Source: Leptolyngbyaceae cyanobacterium
Lineage (GTDB): Bacteria; Cyanobacteriota; Cyanobacteriia; Phormidesmidales; Phormidesmidaceae
Direction: 5' to 3'
Length of the DNA stretch: 64,000 nucleotides
NCBI GenBank assembly: GCA_965263355.1
Contig: CBDHHL010000032.1
Span: 896,001 to 960,000 of the forward strand
The translations under genes were made by a program, and so were the position numbers. The notes beneath the pieces are model-generated. The model made no database searches, was not told where the DNA came from, and worked only from the letters and a program-made list of their open reading frames with translations. Of this stretch, positions 10,365 through 20,833 are shown one piece after another (position 1 is the stretch's first letter; each line of letters begins with the position of its first letter).

Positions 10365-11345
10365 ATGAATAATTTACTAGAACGTGATATCTACGATATT
10401 AATGAAGATAACGCTGCAGAACTGTTTGCCCAGCAAGCTAATGCACCTGCACCTGAGCTAGGAAATTTCTCTGGCAGAGGGTTTGTGCTCTGCGCAGGAG
10501 GCCCCTATTTGGAGAGTGCGTATGTTGTGGTTCGTCTCCTGCGTCATTACGGTGCAACGTTGCCGATTGAAGTTTGGCACGCCGGGGAAGATGAGATTCC
10601 TGCTTGGGCAAGACCTGCATTTGTAGAACATGGTGTCACCCTTCACGACATCATGGATTACTGCCAAAATCGGCCCCTCAAACAGATGCGCGGTTTTCCA
10701 ATCAAAACAGCGGCAATCCTCAACACCCGCTTGCGCGAGGTGATGTTTATTGATGCCGACTGTTTCCCCGTTCGCAATCTGGAATTTCTATTTGAGACGC
10801 AAGAATTTAAAGACAATAAGGCAATCTTTTTCCCCGATTACCAGCGTCACTTACTTTTGCCAGATAAACCCGTCTGGGACCACGTAGATATGCCCTACAA
10901 AGGAGATACAGAATTCGAAACGGGTCTACTGTTGTTTGATAAGATTGCCTGCTGGAAAGCTCTCAATCTTGCAGAGTGGATGAATCTTGGGTCAGAGTTT
11001 TGGTATCAGCATGCTATGGGAGACAAAGATACGTTCTATTTAGCCTGGAGAAAAGTCAATCAATCTTATTTCTTAGCACCGGATTGCGTCCGCATTCCCA
11101 CGGTTCTTAGCCGACATTATTGGACAGGGAAAAAGCATTTGGCTGACCACCGCACAGGAACTTCAAAGTATACAGTGCCTTACAAAAAAGGCATCTTTAA
11201 AAGTTACCTAGCTCCCTACAAGGGACGTCCTCTCTATAAGGATTTTATTGACGAGTTTTTACAACGATTTGTCAATAGCAACTATAGTTTACACACCCAG
11301 TTCCTAGACAATCTGAAAATTTATAAAGACGCTTCTGAAGCTTAG
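10365..11345 (+). CDS. GT71 / Mnn-type alpha-mannosyltransferase-like glycosyltransferase
   Basis: GFVLCAGG, LPIEVW, GFPIKTAAIL, FIDAD (DXD), AIFFPD, ETGLLLFDK, GDKDTF.LAW. Confidence 0.78.
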   Translation: MNNLLERDIYDINEDNAAELFAQQANAPAPELGNFSGRGFVLCAGGPYLESAYVVVRLLRHYGATLPIEVWHAGEDEIPAWARPAFVEHGVTLHDIMDYCQNRPLKQMRGFPIKTAAILNTRLREVMFIDADCFPVRNLEFLFETQEFKDNKAIFFPDYQRHLLLPDKPVWDHVDMPYKGDTEFETGLLLFDKIACWKALNLAEWMNLGSEFWYQHAMGDKDTFYLAWRKVNQSYFLAPDCVRIPTVLSRHYWTGKKHLADHRTGTSKYTVPYKKGIFKSYLAPYKGRPLYKDFIDEFLQRFVNSNYSLHTQFLDNLKIYKDASEA

Positions 11346-11653
11346 TACTCAGTCTTGAGTGAACCCTCTTCACGTCTAAAACGGTCATTTTTTCGAGACC
11401 CAAAGGTTTCAACTTGGACGTGGTTTAGCTCAGGAACCTCTGTGGAGAATACTTGAGCGATAAAGCCATTTCAGCTGCAGGAACAATTTACCTGATTTTG
11501 ATTCATGACTGTAGGTGGGGCATCCTAGAGACGCACTTTACTGTGTCTATTTTTAGTTAGCCATTAATTGCAATATACTTTTCAGCTTGGATCATACTGA
11601 AGCTGGCTTAGGTCAGCCACCATTCAATCTCCAACTATTACTTAAATTTAAAG

Positions 11654-12640
11654 ATGCAGGCAATTTCCAACCAACCAACCAATGGAAAGAATAATCTCAG
11701 CACATCCACAAAACTGATGAAGATTTCAGTGTGTGCTGCAACTTACAAGCGACCTGAATTATTACATAAGTTACTAGAATCTCTGAATGACCTGACGTTT
11801 ACCCGCCTTCCCACACCTACTATCGAAGTCATCATTGTTGATAATGACTCTACAGGGTCAGCCGAGGAGACTGTTAAATCAATGCAATCTTCTTTTAAGT
11901 GGCCCTTAAGGTATGTCGTAGAAACTAATCAGGGTGTTACCTATGCTCGCAATCGCTGCATCAGTGAAGCCTCTAAAGAGTCAGATTTCATCGCGATGCT
12001 TGATGATGATGAAACGGCGACTCCCAAGTGGCTGGAGGAACTCTTATTGAGTCAGGAAAAATTCGATGCTGAAATTGTTTCAGGACCTGTTCTAGCTGTT
12101 TACAGTGAAGGACAAGAAGTCCCTGGTTGGATTAAGGCTGGTGACTTTTACTCATTTCCTCGATATAAGACTGGTCGGGAAATGGAGGTTGCTTTTACAG
12201 GCAACGTTATGTTTAGCACTAAACTTTTGAACAATCTCAAAGAAGGTGAGACCTTTTTTAACCATCGCTTTGCCCACAAAGGCGCAGAAGATGTTTATTG
12301 CTTTTCAAGCTTGCATAAAGCGGGTCATAAGATTGTTTGGGCTGATGATGCCGTTCTGTATGAGCCCATTGCCGATCAACGCCTGTCGCTGAAATGGATT
12401 TTGAACCGAGGATTTTGGGCGTGGAGTGTCCATAGCCTGATTGAGAAAGAACTTTATCCATCAATCAGAATTCAAGCTAGTCGAGCCCTTAAGGGTCTAG
12501 GGTTAATTGTGATAGGAACCCTATCTGTTGGACCATCATTACTTTTGGGCAGACATAAAGCTGCTAAGGCCCTAGTAAAAGTATATAAAGGCATGGGTAC
12601 AATTTCTGGACTATTGGGACGCCAGGGTAATTGGCAATAA
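11654..12640 (+). CDS. Glycosyltransferase family 2 (ExoM-like)
   Basis: ISVCAATYKRP, IIVDND, GVTYARN, FIAMLDDDE, GAED. Confidence 0.9.
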   Translation: MQAISNQPTNGKNNLSTSTKLMKISVCAATYKRPELLHKLLESLNDLTFTRLPTPTIEVIIVDNDSTGSAEETVKSMQSSFKWPLRYVVETNQGVTYARNRCISEASKESDFIAMLDDDETATPKWLEELLLSQEKFDAEIVSGPVLAVYSEGQEVPGWIKAGDFYSFPRYKTGREMEVAFTGNVMFSTKLLNNLKEGETFFNHRFAHKGAEDVYCFSSLHKAGHKIVWADDAVLYEPIADQRLSLKWILNRGFWAWSVHSLIEKELYPSIRIQASRALKGLGLIVIGTLSVGPSLLLGRHKAAKALVKVYKGMGTISGLLGRQGNWQ

Positions 12641-12737
12641 CAGATGGCCAACATTTTCTCAGGCAATGTCTGCACGCTTGTGATTATGTTATTTTTTTTT
12701 AGAATGCCCTTAGTATTACAACGTATATAAATCTCCT

Positions 12738-14621
12738 ATGGCAAACTCTATATTTACTAAGCCCAGTAAACTGTGCTCAAAAATTTTCAGAAAGTTGCCA
12801 GGGATAGCGGGTGCTGTTCTTTTAGCAGCTAGCACCTTGAGTTGCTCAGTGGGGGGAGAGGAAACTAAAGAGATTGAAATTCCAGATTTTAAGATTCTGG
12901 TAGATCAGTTTGGCTATCGTCCTCAAGACCCTAAAGTAGCTGTTGTTGTCTCTGAAGTAGATAGCAATCAACCCTATGAGTTGAGAAATGTAGAAACCGA
13001 TGCGGTTATAGAGGTCATCGAACCAATACAGTGGGCTGATGGAGCTATTCATTCACAATCAGGTGTGAAAGCACTATGGATTGATTTTTCAGAAGTGGAA
13101 GAGCCTGGCAACTATGTTATTGTTCGTCAGGATGGTGAAACTCGTTCAGCTGAATTCGAGATTAACAAAGACGTCTACAAAGATGTTTTAGTTGCTGCCA
13201 CTAAAATGTTTTTCTATCAGCGCAGTGGATATCCAAAAACAAAACCCTTTGCAGATGAGCGTTGGACTGACGGAGCAAGTTATATCGGCACTGGACAAGA
13301 TACCCAGGCTCGATATGTCAAAGAAAAGGAGAATCCCCTTTCTGAAAGAGTAATGCATGGTGGTTGGTTCGACGCAGGGGACACCAACAAATATGTGACC
13401 TATGCGCTTCAACCGATGCACCAATTGCTTAGTGCCTACGGCCAAAATCCAGAAATCTGGACGGATGATTTCAATATTCCAGAATCGGGTAACGGGATTC
13501 CCGATTTGTTGGACGAGATCAAGTTTGAATTGGATTGGCTAATTCGAATGCAGGATAGTGATGGGGGTGCATTTATCAAGCTAGGGACGTTGGATTATGA
13601 TCCGCCTAACACGATTCCCAGTAAGGATACTCGACCTCGATATTATGGCCCTAAGTGCTCATCCTCGACAATTACTCTCGCTAGTGTTTTTGCCCATGCT
13701 GCCGTAGAAATGCGGAATATTCCTGGACTAGAAGACTATGCGACTGAGTTGACATCACGGGCGAGGCAAGCGTGGGACTGGTTTCAGAGCAATCCAGTAG
13801 ATACAGACTGTGATGATGGCGAAATCAAGTCCGGTGATGCCGATATGATTGAAGATGCCCAGATGGGGACAACCGTCAGTGCAGCCGTTTATCTTTTTGC
13901 AGCAACAGGCGATCCTCAATATTCGCAATATGTTGCTGACAATCTTAGTCTTGCTCAGCCCTATAGAGATGGTCCTTGGTCTCGCTATGATCCCTGGCAA
14001 GGAGATGCCCTGATCTTTTATTCTCAATTACCTGATGGTGACAGCACAGTAAAAGAGAAGATTCTAACGGACTTGGAGAGCACGTTGCTGAACCAGCATC
14101 CAGACGCCTATGGCAATGATGATTCGCTTGATCCATTTCGGTCTTATATGCCCGATGAACAATATCACTGGGGCAGCAACATGATCAAGTCAAACTACGG
14201 AAGTATGAACTACGATCCTGTGATGCTGGGCATTCATGAAGCTGAACACCAGGCTTATGTAGAAAGAGCTTTGGGAGCCGTTAACTATATCCATGGGGTT
14301 AATCCATTGGGTCTGGTATATCTCACCAACATGTATGAGTATGGTGCAGAGTCTTCAGCCAACGAGATGTACCATCAGTGGCTGGGCGTAGATGACTATC
14401 AGAATGCCTTAACATCTAAGCGGGGGCCTGCGCCTGGCTTTTTAACGGGTGGTCCCAATCAGTTTTATGCCGGAGATGCTGCCCTTAAGGGAGGTCCTCC
14501 TATGAAAGTCTACGTTGACAAAGCAGCTCAAGAGGTTGCAGCCTGGGAAATTACAGAGCCTGCTATCTACTACCAGTCTGCGTATATTAAATTGTTATCT
14601 AAGTTTGTCACCGCAGAATAG
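12738..14621 (+). CDS. Glycoside hydrolase family 9 with N-terminal Ig-like domain, probable lipoprotein
   Basis: Lipobox-like LLAASTLSC, VDQFGYRP, FFYQRSG, GGWFDAGD (catalytic Asp motif), YIHGVNP, EPAIYYQ (catalytic Glu). Confidence 0.88.
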   Translation: MANSIFTKPSKLCSKIFRKLPGIAGAVLLAASTLSCSVGGEETKEIEIPDFKILVDQFGYRPQDPKVAVVVSEVDSNQPYELRNVETDAVIEVIEPIQWADGAIHSQSGVKALWIDFSEVEEPGNYVIVRQDGETRSAEFEINKDVYKDVLVAATKMFFYQRSGYPKTKPFADERWTDGASYIGTGQDTQARYVKEKENPLSERVMHGGWFDAGDTNKYVTYALQPMHQLLSAYGQNPEIWTDDFNIPESGNGIPDLLDEIKFELDWLIRMQDSDGGAFIKLGTLDYDPPNTIPSKDTRPRYYGPKCSSSTITLASVFAHAAVEMRNIPGLEDYATELTSRARQAWDWFQSNPVDTDCDDGEIKSGDADMIEDAQMGTTVSAAVYLFAATGDPQYSQYVADNLSLAQPYRDGPWSRYDPWQGDALIFYSQLPDGDSTVKEKILTDLESTLLNQHPDAYGNDDSLDPFRSYMPDEQYHWGSNMIKSNYGSMNYDPVMLGIHEAEHQAYVERALGAVNYIHGVNPLGLVYLTNMYEYGAESSANEMYHQWLGVDDYQNALTSKRGPAPGFLTGGPNQFYAGDAALKGGPPMKVYVDKAAQEVAAWEITEPAIYYQSAYIKLLSKFVTAE

Positions 14622-14732
14622 ACATAGGCCATACTTTGCAGTATGGTCGCCAAAATTTTCTATTCAGGGAACTCTATCACTCAAACCGTTCAATAGTAAC
14701 GTCCTATTTTTTAATCCTTATTAGTTTTACCT

Positions 14733-15863
14733 ATGAACATTGCCATTGTCGGGTGCGGCTTTGTTGCTGACTACTACCTTAAGACTCTTCCACTGCATCC
14801 AGAACTTAAGCTAATTGGAGTGATGGATAAAAATCTGGCACGGGCTCAGAAGTTAGCTGACGTATACTCCATCAAGAAAGTTTATGAGACTTTTGACGAA
14901 CTGTTAAAAGACAGTTCTATTGATATTGTTCTGAATCTAACTAATCCTCGCAACCACTATGAGGTGTCTAAAGCCTGTTTGGAATGTTATAAGCATGTTT
15001 ATTCTGAAAAGCCTTTAGCCACCACTATTCCTGAGGCGAAAGAGCTGGTGGAACTTGCCAAAAGTAGAGGTCTGCACATTTCGTCTGCGCCGTGTAATGT
15101 TCTAAGTGAATCGGCCCAAACCCTTTGGAAAGCCCTTAGGGACAATGTTGCCGGTAAAGTCCGGCTAGTCTATGCCGAAATGGATGATGGCCTAGTGCAC
15201 AAAATGCCCTACACGCTTTGGCTGAGTGAATCTGGCATTCCGTGGCCTTACAAAGATGAATTTGAAGTAGGCTGCACCCTTGAACATGCCGGGTATTATG
15301 TAACCTGGTTAACCACCTTTTTTGGTCCTGCAACTACAGTGACTGCATTCTCATCTTGTCTCGTCCCTGATAAAGAGACCGATGTCTCTCTAGACCCTAA
15401 TGATACTCCTGATTTTTCAGTAGCTTGTATCAAGTTTGAATCAGGCGTAGTTGCCCGCCTAACCTGTGGCATTATTGCTCCCCACGATCATGAATTTAAG
15501 GTGATTGGAGATAAAGGAGTTCTCAGCACCCATGACTGTTGGTTTTATGAGAGCCCTGTAAAATTCCAAAAAATGATGAAAATCCGACGTAAGGTCTTCA
15601 TGAGTCCCTTTAAACAGACGATTCCTATGGTCAAAAAGCCACCTAAATTTAAGTCCAAGGGAGCTAATCATATGGACTTTGCCAGGGGTGTGGCTGAACT
15701 GGCTGCAGCTATAAGAGTTCAGCGACCTGGACGTCTATCCGCTGATTTTTCTCTACACAATAACGAGTTAGTTTTAGCTATCCAAAACAGTCTAGATAGT
15801 GAAGGTGTCTATAAAATGACGACAACATTTGATGAGGTTCAACCAATGCCCTGGGCTACATAA
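14733..15863 (+). CDS. Gfo/Idh/MocA family oxidoreductase
   Basis: IAIVGCG, VLNLTNP..H, HVYSEKP. Confidence 0.9.
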   Translation: MNIAIVGCGFVADYYLKTLPLHPELKLIGVMDKNLARAQKLADVYSIKKVYETFDELLKDSSIDIVLNLTNPRNHYEVSKACLECYKHVYSEKPLATTIPEAKELVELAKSRGLHISSAPCNVLSESAQTLWKALRDNVAGKVRLVYAEMDDGLVHKMPYTLWLSESGIPWPYKDEFEVGCTLEHAGYYVTWLTTFFGPATTVTAFSSCLVPDKETDVSLDPNDTPDFSVACIKFESGVVARLTCGIIAPHDHEFKVIGDKGVLSTHDCWFYESPVKFQKMMKIRRKVFMSPFKQTIPMVKKPPKFKSKGANHMDFARGVAELAAAIRVQRPGRLSADFSLHNNELVLAIQNSLDSEGVYKMTTTFDEVQPMPWAT

Positions 15864-16121
15864 TAGTTGCAATAAGCAAGCACATGTTGCCAGTCAACCA
15901 AGTGAAACGACTTTCAGATTATTCTAATTTCAACTAGATTTGAATAGAGTGAAGTCTCTAGCTAAGCATTTATGTTTGTTGCCGTAGCAAGATATATCTA
16001 CTGAAAGGTAATGTAGGTCTTATATAAACCTTGTCCACATCCAGGATTGGGGTTCTTCCGGTGAAGAATCTACATGTTTCAACTTGGAAGTGGTTTGAAT
16101 ATGTTCTAGGATAACTAACTC

Positions 16122-17444
16122 ATGACTGAAAAAAAGTTGAAAGTACTATTAATTATTGAACAATGTAATCCGGCCTGGAACTCGGTTCCGCTCGAAGGAT
16201 ATCATTTGTATGCAGGCATTAGTCGCTTTGTTGATACAACCTTGGTGACCCATGAACGTAACCAGGAAGAACTTGAAAAGGTACATCCTGATGCAGATAT
16301 TGTCTATTTAGAAGATAGCAATTTTATTAAGAGGCTTGAACAATTAGGTGAACGATTGAGTACATACAAAGGCCAAATAATTTGGCCTTTGTTTAATGCG
16401 CTTACCTATCCAGTTTATTGGGGATTCAATCGTGAAGTCTATCGTCAGTTTAAGGATGCGATTGCCCGTGGTGACTATGATTTAGTCCATACAATTACTC
16501 CTATGATGCCGCGCTATCCTGCAAAAGCGGTTAAAGCATGCAAAAAAACACCCTTTATTCTTGGACCAGTGAATGGTGGTGTTCCTTTTCCAGATGGATT
16601 CAAAGAGCTAGGCCGCAGAGAATTCTCTTATCTTAACTTCCTTCGTGCAGTCGGTCGTTCTATTATTCCTGGATACCGTGAGACCTATAAAAAAGCGGAC
16701 TATATTTTAGCGGGGTCAAGTTACACCCTTGGGCTTATCAAAGAACTGTTTCCTAAAACGAGCGATGACAAGATAGAATTATTTTATGAGAATGGTATTA
16801 CCAGTTCCTTTGTTAGAACTGATAAGGATTTTGCTCAACACAAAAAAGCGACTGAAGCCTCAGTAGACAATAAGGTTAAGCTACTTTATGTGGGGCGTTT
16901 AGTTCCCTATAAAGGCGCTGATATGATTCTAGATGCTATCGATCGGCTCGATGCATCTGTCAAAGCAAAAATCAATTTGACAATTGTGGGTAAAGGTTCT
17001 GAGCAAGAGCGCTTAGAAAATCAAGTAAAACGGCTAAATCTTAAGGAGTGCGTTTACTTCACTGGTTATGTTGAACAGTGGCAAACATTGGAGTATTACC
17101 AAACTTCTGACATCTTCTGCTTTCCTTCTGTACGTGAATTTGGTGGCGCAGTGGTACTAGAAGCTATGGCCAATGCGTTACCTTGTATTGTGGTTGACAA
17201 TGGTGGTATTGGTGAATATGTAACAGAGAAAACAGGATTTAAGATTAGTCCCGTGTCTAGAGAGTTTGTCGTTAAGAAAATGGCTATTTACATTGCCCAA
17301 TTGGTTAATGACCACATAATGCGACACGATATGGCCTATGAGGCTCTTCAACGTGCACGAGAATTTACATGGGATATGAAAACTCGTACAGTTGTTAATG
17401 ATATTTACCCGAAGGTCTTAGCAAAACAAAAAAAGGCTGTTTAA
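16122..17444 (+). CDS. Glycosyltransferase family 4
   Basis: LLYVGRLVPYKG, FCFPSVREFGGAVVLEAMA (EX7E motif). Confidence 0.92.
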   Translation: MTEKKLKVLLIIEQCNPAWNSVPLEGYHLYAGISRFVDTTLVTHERNQEELEKVHPDADIVYLEDSNFIKRLEQLGERLSTYKGQIIWPLFNALTYPVYWGFNREVYRQFKDAIARGDYDLVHTITPMMPRYPAKAVKACKKTPFILGPVNGGVPFPDGFKELGRREFSYLNFLRAVGRSIIPGYRETYKKADYILAGSSYTLGLIKELFPKTSDDKIELFYENGITSSFVRTDKDFAQHKKATEASVDNKVKLLYVGRLVPYKGADMILDAIDRLDASVKAKINLTIVGKGSEQERLENQVKRLNLKECVYFTGYVEQWQTLEYYQTSDIFCFPSVREFGGAVVLEAMANALPCIVVDNGGIGEYVTEKTGFKISPVSREFVVKKMAIYIAQLVNDHIMRHDMAYEALQRAREFTWDMKTRTVVNDIYPKVLAKQKKAV

Positions 17445-17512
17445 TATAGCTTTCGCGCATCGTTTAAAGCAGAGGTAATCTTTGAAGGATTTAGATAGCA
17501 ATAGTTATAGTT

Positions 17513-17607
17513 ATATAGCAATCCGGCCTAGTCTTTGAATATTTTGAGACTTTGATGCCTTTTAGAAGCTAGAGATGGCTCTCACAAATCAAATTGGATT
17601 GCTATAT
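17513..17607. mobile_element. MITE-like element with 12-bp terminal inverted repeats
   Basis: ATATAGCAATCC (17513-17524) and GGATTGCTATAT (17596-17607); non-coding. Confidence 0.5.
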
Positions 17608-17699
17608 GCGACACAATCTGACAAATGTATTCAGCAGATTGCTATAAAATTGCCAATTGTAATGTTGAACATCTCTTTTTTTGACTGTTGAAGGGGAAA

Positions 17700-17737
17700 A
17701 GCCAAGAAGCCATTCCTTAAGGAATGGCTTCTTGGCT
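17700..17737. terminator. Perfect 38-bp palindrome between convergent genes
   Basis: AGCCAAGAAGCCATTCCTT|AAGGAATGGCTTCTTGGCT, with an A-run on the left (U-tail on the minus strand). Confidence 0.6.
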
Positions 17738-17755
17738 GATAAAATTTGCAAATGT

Positions 17756-17805
17756 TGCTGCTCCTCATTATTTTACTTGTAAGATTCTGAGGAGCAGCAT
17801 TTTTT
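17756..17805 (+). terminator. Intrinsic terminator-like hairpin
   Basis: TGCTGCTCCTCA...TGAGGAGCAGCA followed by T6. Confidence 0.6.
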
Positions 17806-17860
17806 ACAGATGATTCATCTTTTAAATCAAAAACGGTAAATCTTCCTTCTTGATGTAAAC

Positions 17861-18589
17861 CTAGGCTTCGAGTGCCATCAACTCAGAGACTGTCTTAAAT
17901 TGATATCCTTCTTTCTGCAACTGTTGTAAAGCTAATTTAGTCGCTTTAACAGTCTGAGAACGATCAGAATCTCCATCATTCATACCATCATGCATGAGAA
18001 CAATTGAACCAGGCTTCACATTGCGAATGATAGAATCAGCGATTGCTTCTGGTCCAGGATTTTCAAAATCTTTGGGATCAACATCCCAAAGAACATTAAT
18101 TTTCCGTCTGCGGGCAAGCTCCCAAGGTAATCTGATGCGTTTAAGACCATAGGGAGCCCGAAAGAGTATCTCTGATTTAGCACCCAAATCAGTTAATAAG
18201 TCATCTGTTTTCTGAATTTCTGAGCGGATAGTATTGAGGCTAATGTCGACCAACCGCTTGTGGGAATAGGAGTGGTTGCCTAACTCATGCCCCTCTGTAA
18301 TCATGCGACGAGTTGTTTCTAAATTATTTTCGATATTTTCACCAATTGCAAAAAAAGTTGCTTTTGCATCAAACTCGTTGAGCACATCTAACAAGCTATC
18401 TGTGTAGGGATAATTAGGACCATCGTCATAGGTCAGTGCTAGTGCTTTTTCCCGGGTGTTTACACAAGTAACCATTTGCCCAAACAATTGATACTTGTAT
18501 GATTTTGCCAACCAGTCCCAAGCATAGCGAAGCAAGAAAACCAATAGCGCTGTACCAGAAAAACAGATAAAAGCTAGAAAGAAATTCAT
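17861..18589 (-). CDS. Membrane-anchored polysaccharide deacetylase (CE4/NodB)
   Basis: N-terminal TM; ALTYDDGP, ATFF, GNHSYSH, FRAPYG, IVLMHD. Confidence 0.93.
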   Translation of the reverse strand: MNFFLAFICFSGTALLVFLLRYAWDWLAKSYKYQLFGQMVTCVNTREKALALTYDDGPNYPYTDSLLDVLNEFDAKATFFAIGENIENNLETTRRMITEGHELGNHSYSHKRLVDISLNTIRSEIQKTDDLLTDLGAKSEILFRAPYGLKRIRLPWELARRRKINVLWDVDPKDFENPGPEAIADSIIRNVKPGSIVLMHDGMNDGDSDRSQTVKATKLALQQLQKEGYQFKTVSELMALEA

Positions 18590-19372
18590 CTTATTGAAAA
18601 ACTAGTTGTTTTTTAGATTAATTAAGTAGGTCGGTTCAATCTTCTGTAAAATACAAGCAAACTGCTTAACTCTTTGGAATCTGCCGCATCCCCTTAATTA
18701 TCAAGGCTTTAAATCTAGTCTCCAGAATTGGAAAACAGAAGGAGGCCTGAATATCTGATAGTTAACTTGGACTACCTACTTATATACACCTTCAAGACGA
18801 ACAAAACATACGAAGGATTGCAGCAAAAACGTGTAAAAGGCTCAAACTCATTGTATCAAGCAGAAGCAAACATATCTCTACGGCAGTTTTATTTCAAGTG
18901 TATACTCACTAATTCGATGAGTAAGACACTTACATGAGAAGAGTAATAGTCACATTAGACTCAAAGGCGTCTTGAATAAGAAATCTGTTAAGCAATGGGG
19001 GTATCTTTAACAAATAGAAGTCATTCACTCGAAAAACTATAAATATATAATACCGTGTAATTCGTAAGGTAGCTTATTTAATAGATTGAGAGCTATGTGC
19101 CTTAGTAGCTGAAACTCTAGTCGTTAACAGCTTTGGAACTTAGAAATAAGTTAGCGTTCTCACGGTGGGAATCATACAGATGTGAACATAATGATTGACT
19201 TTACAGGAAAATGAGGCTGTTTTTTGTTGATTGGAAATGTTAGCCCTAGATTTGTAATATTTTCTTAATGTAGATGTTTATCACATTAAGAAGCTCCTGA
19301 TATAGGGGACTTTTATTTTTCTGTTAAGTCATATATGAGTAGAAACTAGGAATTGGGGATTACTAAGTAACT

Positions 19373-20779
19373 ATGCCGAAAACTCAAGCGAAACGGCTTG
19401 TACGTAATATTAGCGCCCAAGCATTGCAGAAACAGGTGGGCGTACGTCAAGATTTATCTCCCCAGCTTTGGAATCTATCCTATGAGAATCATTTACTTAC
19501 ATTACATGGTATCAATCTCCGAGATATTTTAGAACAGTATGGAAGTCCATTACATGTTTTAAATACACAGAGATTAGAACAAAATGCAAATGCCATGATG
19601 TATGGGCGTCAACAGACTAAGCTGCTGAATGTTTACTATTCCTACAAGACTCATCCTATTCCTCGGGTCTTACAGCTTTTGCATGGTTATGGTATTGGAG
19701 CAGAGGTAATTTCTCCCTACGAATTATGGTTAGCTCTACGTCTTGGAGTAGATCCTCAGAAAATTATTTATAATGGTCCGGCTAAGTCAGACGAATCCAT
19801 TGAAACAGCTATTAAGCAAGGTATCCGCTTACTTAATATCAACCACCGTGAAGAGCTAGAACGTTTTGCCAAAATATCCCGGCAGGTTGGTAAAACGGCC
19901 AATATTGCTATTCGATTAATATTTGCTAAGGGTTGGAGTGGCCAATTTGGTCTAGGAGTTGATACTGGGGAAGCTTTAGAGGTCTATCGCCAAGCTCTGA
20001 GTATGCCTGAACTAAATGTTATTGGTGTGCACTGTCATCGAGGGATACTCTTTAAGGGACTCGATGATATGGCAGGATATCTTCAAGGAATTAAAGATTT
20101 TTTAGATACCCTGCATAGGGAACTTAATTTTCACCCTGAAATTTTAGATGTGGGTGGTAGCATTGCCATATCTACGGTGCGGCCATTTTCAGACTTTGAC
20201 AAAAAGCTAGGTGAAACGTTTCGCATTGAGGTACGAGAGCCAGATCCTCAGAGTTATCCTTTGCTAGAAGACTTTGCAGAATTTATTGCTAAAGATCTCA
20301 CAGGCTATTTCCAAAGCGTTAATCGTCCTTTACCAGAGCTAGCTGTTGAGCCAGGAAGAGCTATTACTGGCAATACGCAGATGTTACTATCTCGCATTGT
20401 CGATACCAAAGAAACAGCTGAAACGTTTACCTATGGAATTTTAGATGCGGGTATTAGTGTTGCTGAAATTGTAAAACTTGAATTTCATCAAGTCTTTCCC
20501 CTACAACGCAAGATTCATCAACTAGAAGAACTTTATCGCCTAGTGGGGCCTATTTGTCATATGGGAGACACGCTGTATCCTGCTTGGCGGTTGCCTAAGT
20601 TAAGCAAGGGCGATGCTATTGCAATTATGGATTCAGGTGCTTACTTCGTACCTGAGGCTCGAGCTTTTTCTTTTCCCAAACCTGGTATTGTTGGATTAAA
20701 CAGCAACGGCGAGTCTTTCGTTATCCGTAAGTCTGACACATTTGAAAGTATTATCCATATGGATTGCTTGGCTGAATAG
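19373..20779 (+). CDS. Fold-type III PLP-dependent decarboxylase (LysA/ornithine decarboxylase family, divergent)
   Basis: YYSYKT (PLP Lys), IIYNGPAKS, QFG, HCHRG, LDVGG, EPGR, GPICHMGD, GAY. Confidence 0.88.
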   Translation: MPKTQAKRLVRNISAQALQKQVGVRQDLSPQLWNLSYENHLLTLHGINLRDILEQYGSPLHVLNTQRLEQNANAMMYGRQQTKLLNVYYSYKTHPIPRVLQLLHGYGIGAEVISPYELWLALRLGVDPQKIIYNGPAKSDESIETAIKQGIRLLNINHREELERFAKISRQVGKTANIAIRLIFAKGWSGQFGLGVDTGEALEVYRQALSMPELNVIGVHCHRGILFKGLDDMAGYLQGIKDFLDTLHRELNFHPEILDVGGSIAISTVRPFSDFDKKLGETFRIEVREPDPQSYPLLEDFAEFIAKDLTGYFQSVNRPLPELAVEPGRAITGNTQMLLSRIVDTKETAETFTYGILDAGISVAEIVKLEFHQVFPLQRKIHQLEELYRLVGPICHMGDTLYPAWRLPKLSKGDAIAIMDSGAYFVPEARAFSFPKPGIVGLNSNGESFVIRKSDTFESIIHMDCLAE

Positions 20780-20833
20780 GCTGCGTGTTGCGAAAACTAT
20801 TTTAGAATCTCTTAGCGATATCAATTTTTTCCT

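Noticed and set aside
18728..18937. 69-aa ORF in the divergent promoter region
   Set aside because: TTG start, AT-rich, no motifs.
19373..20779. Naming this gene lysA
   Set aside because: Substrate-specificity motifs differ (CHMGD, QFG) and the context is EPS, so no symbol was given.
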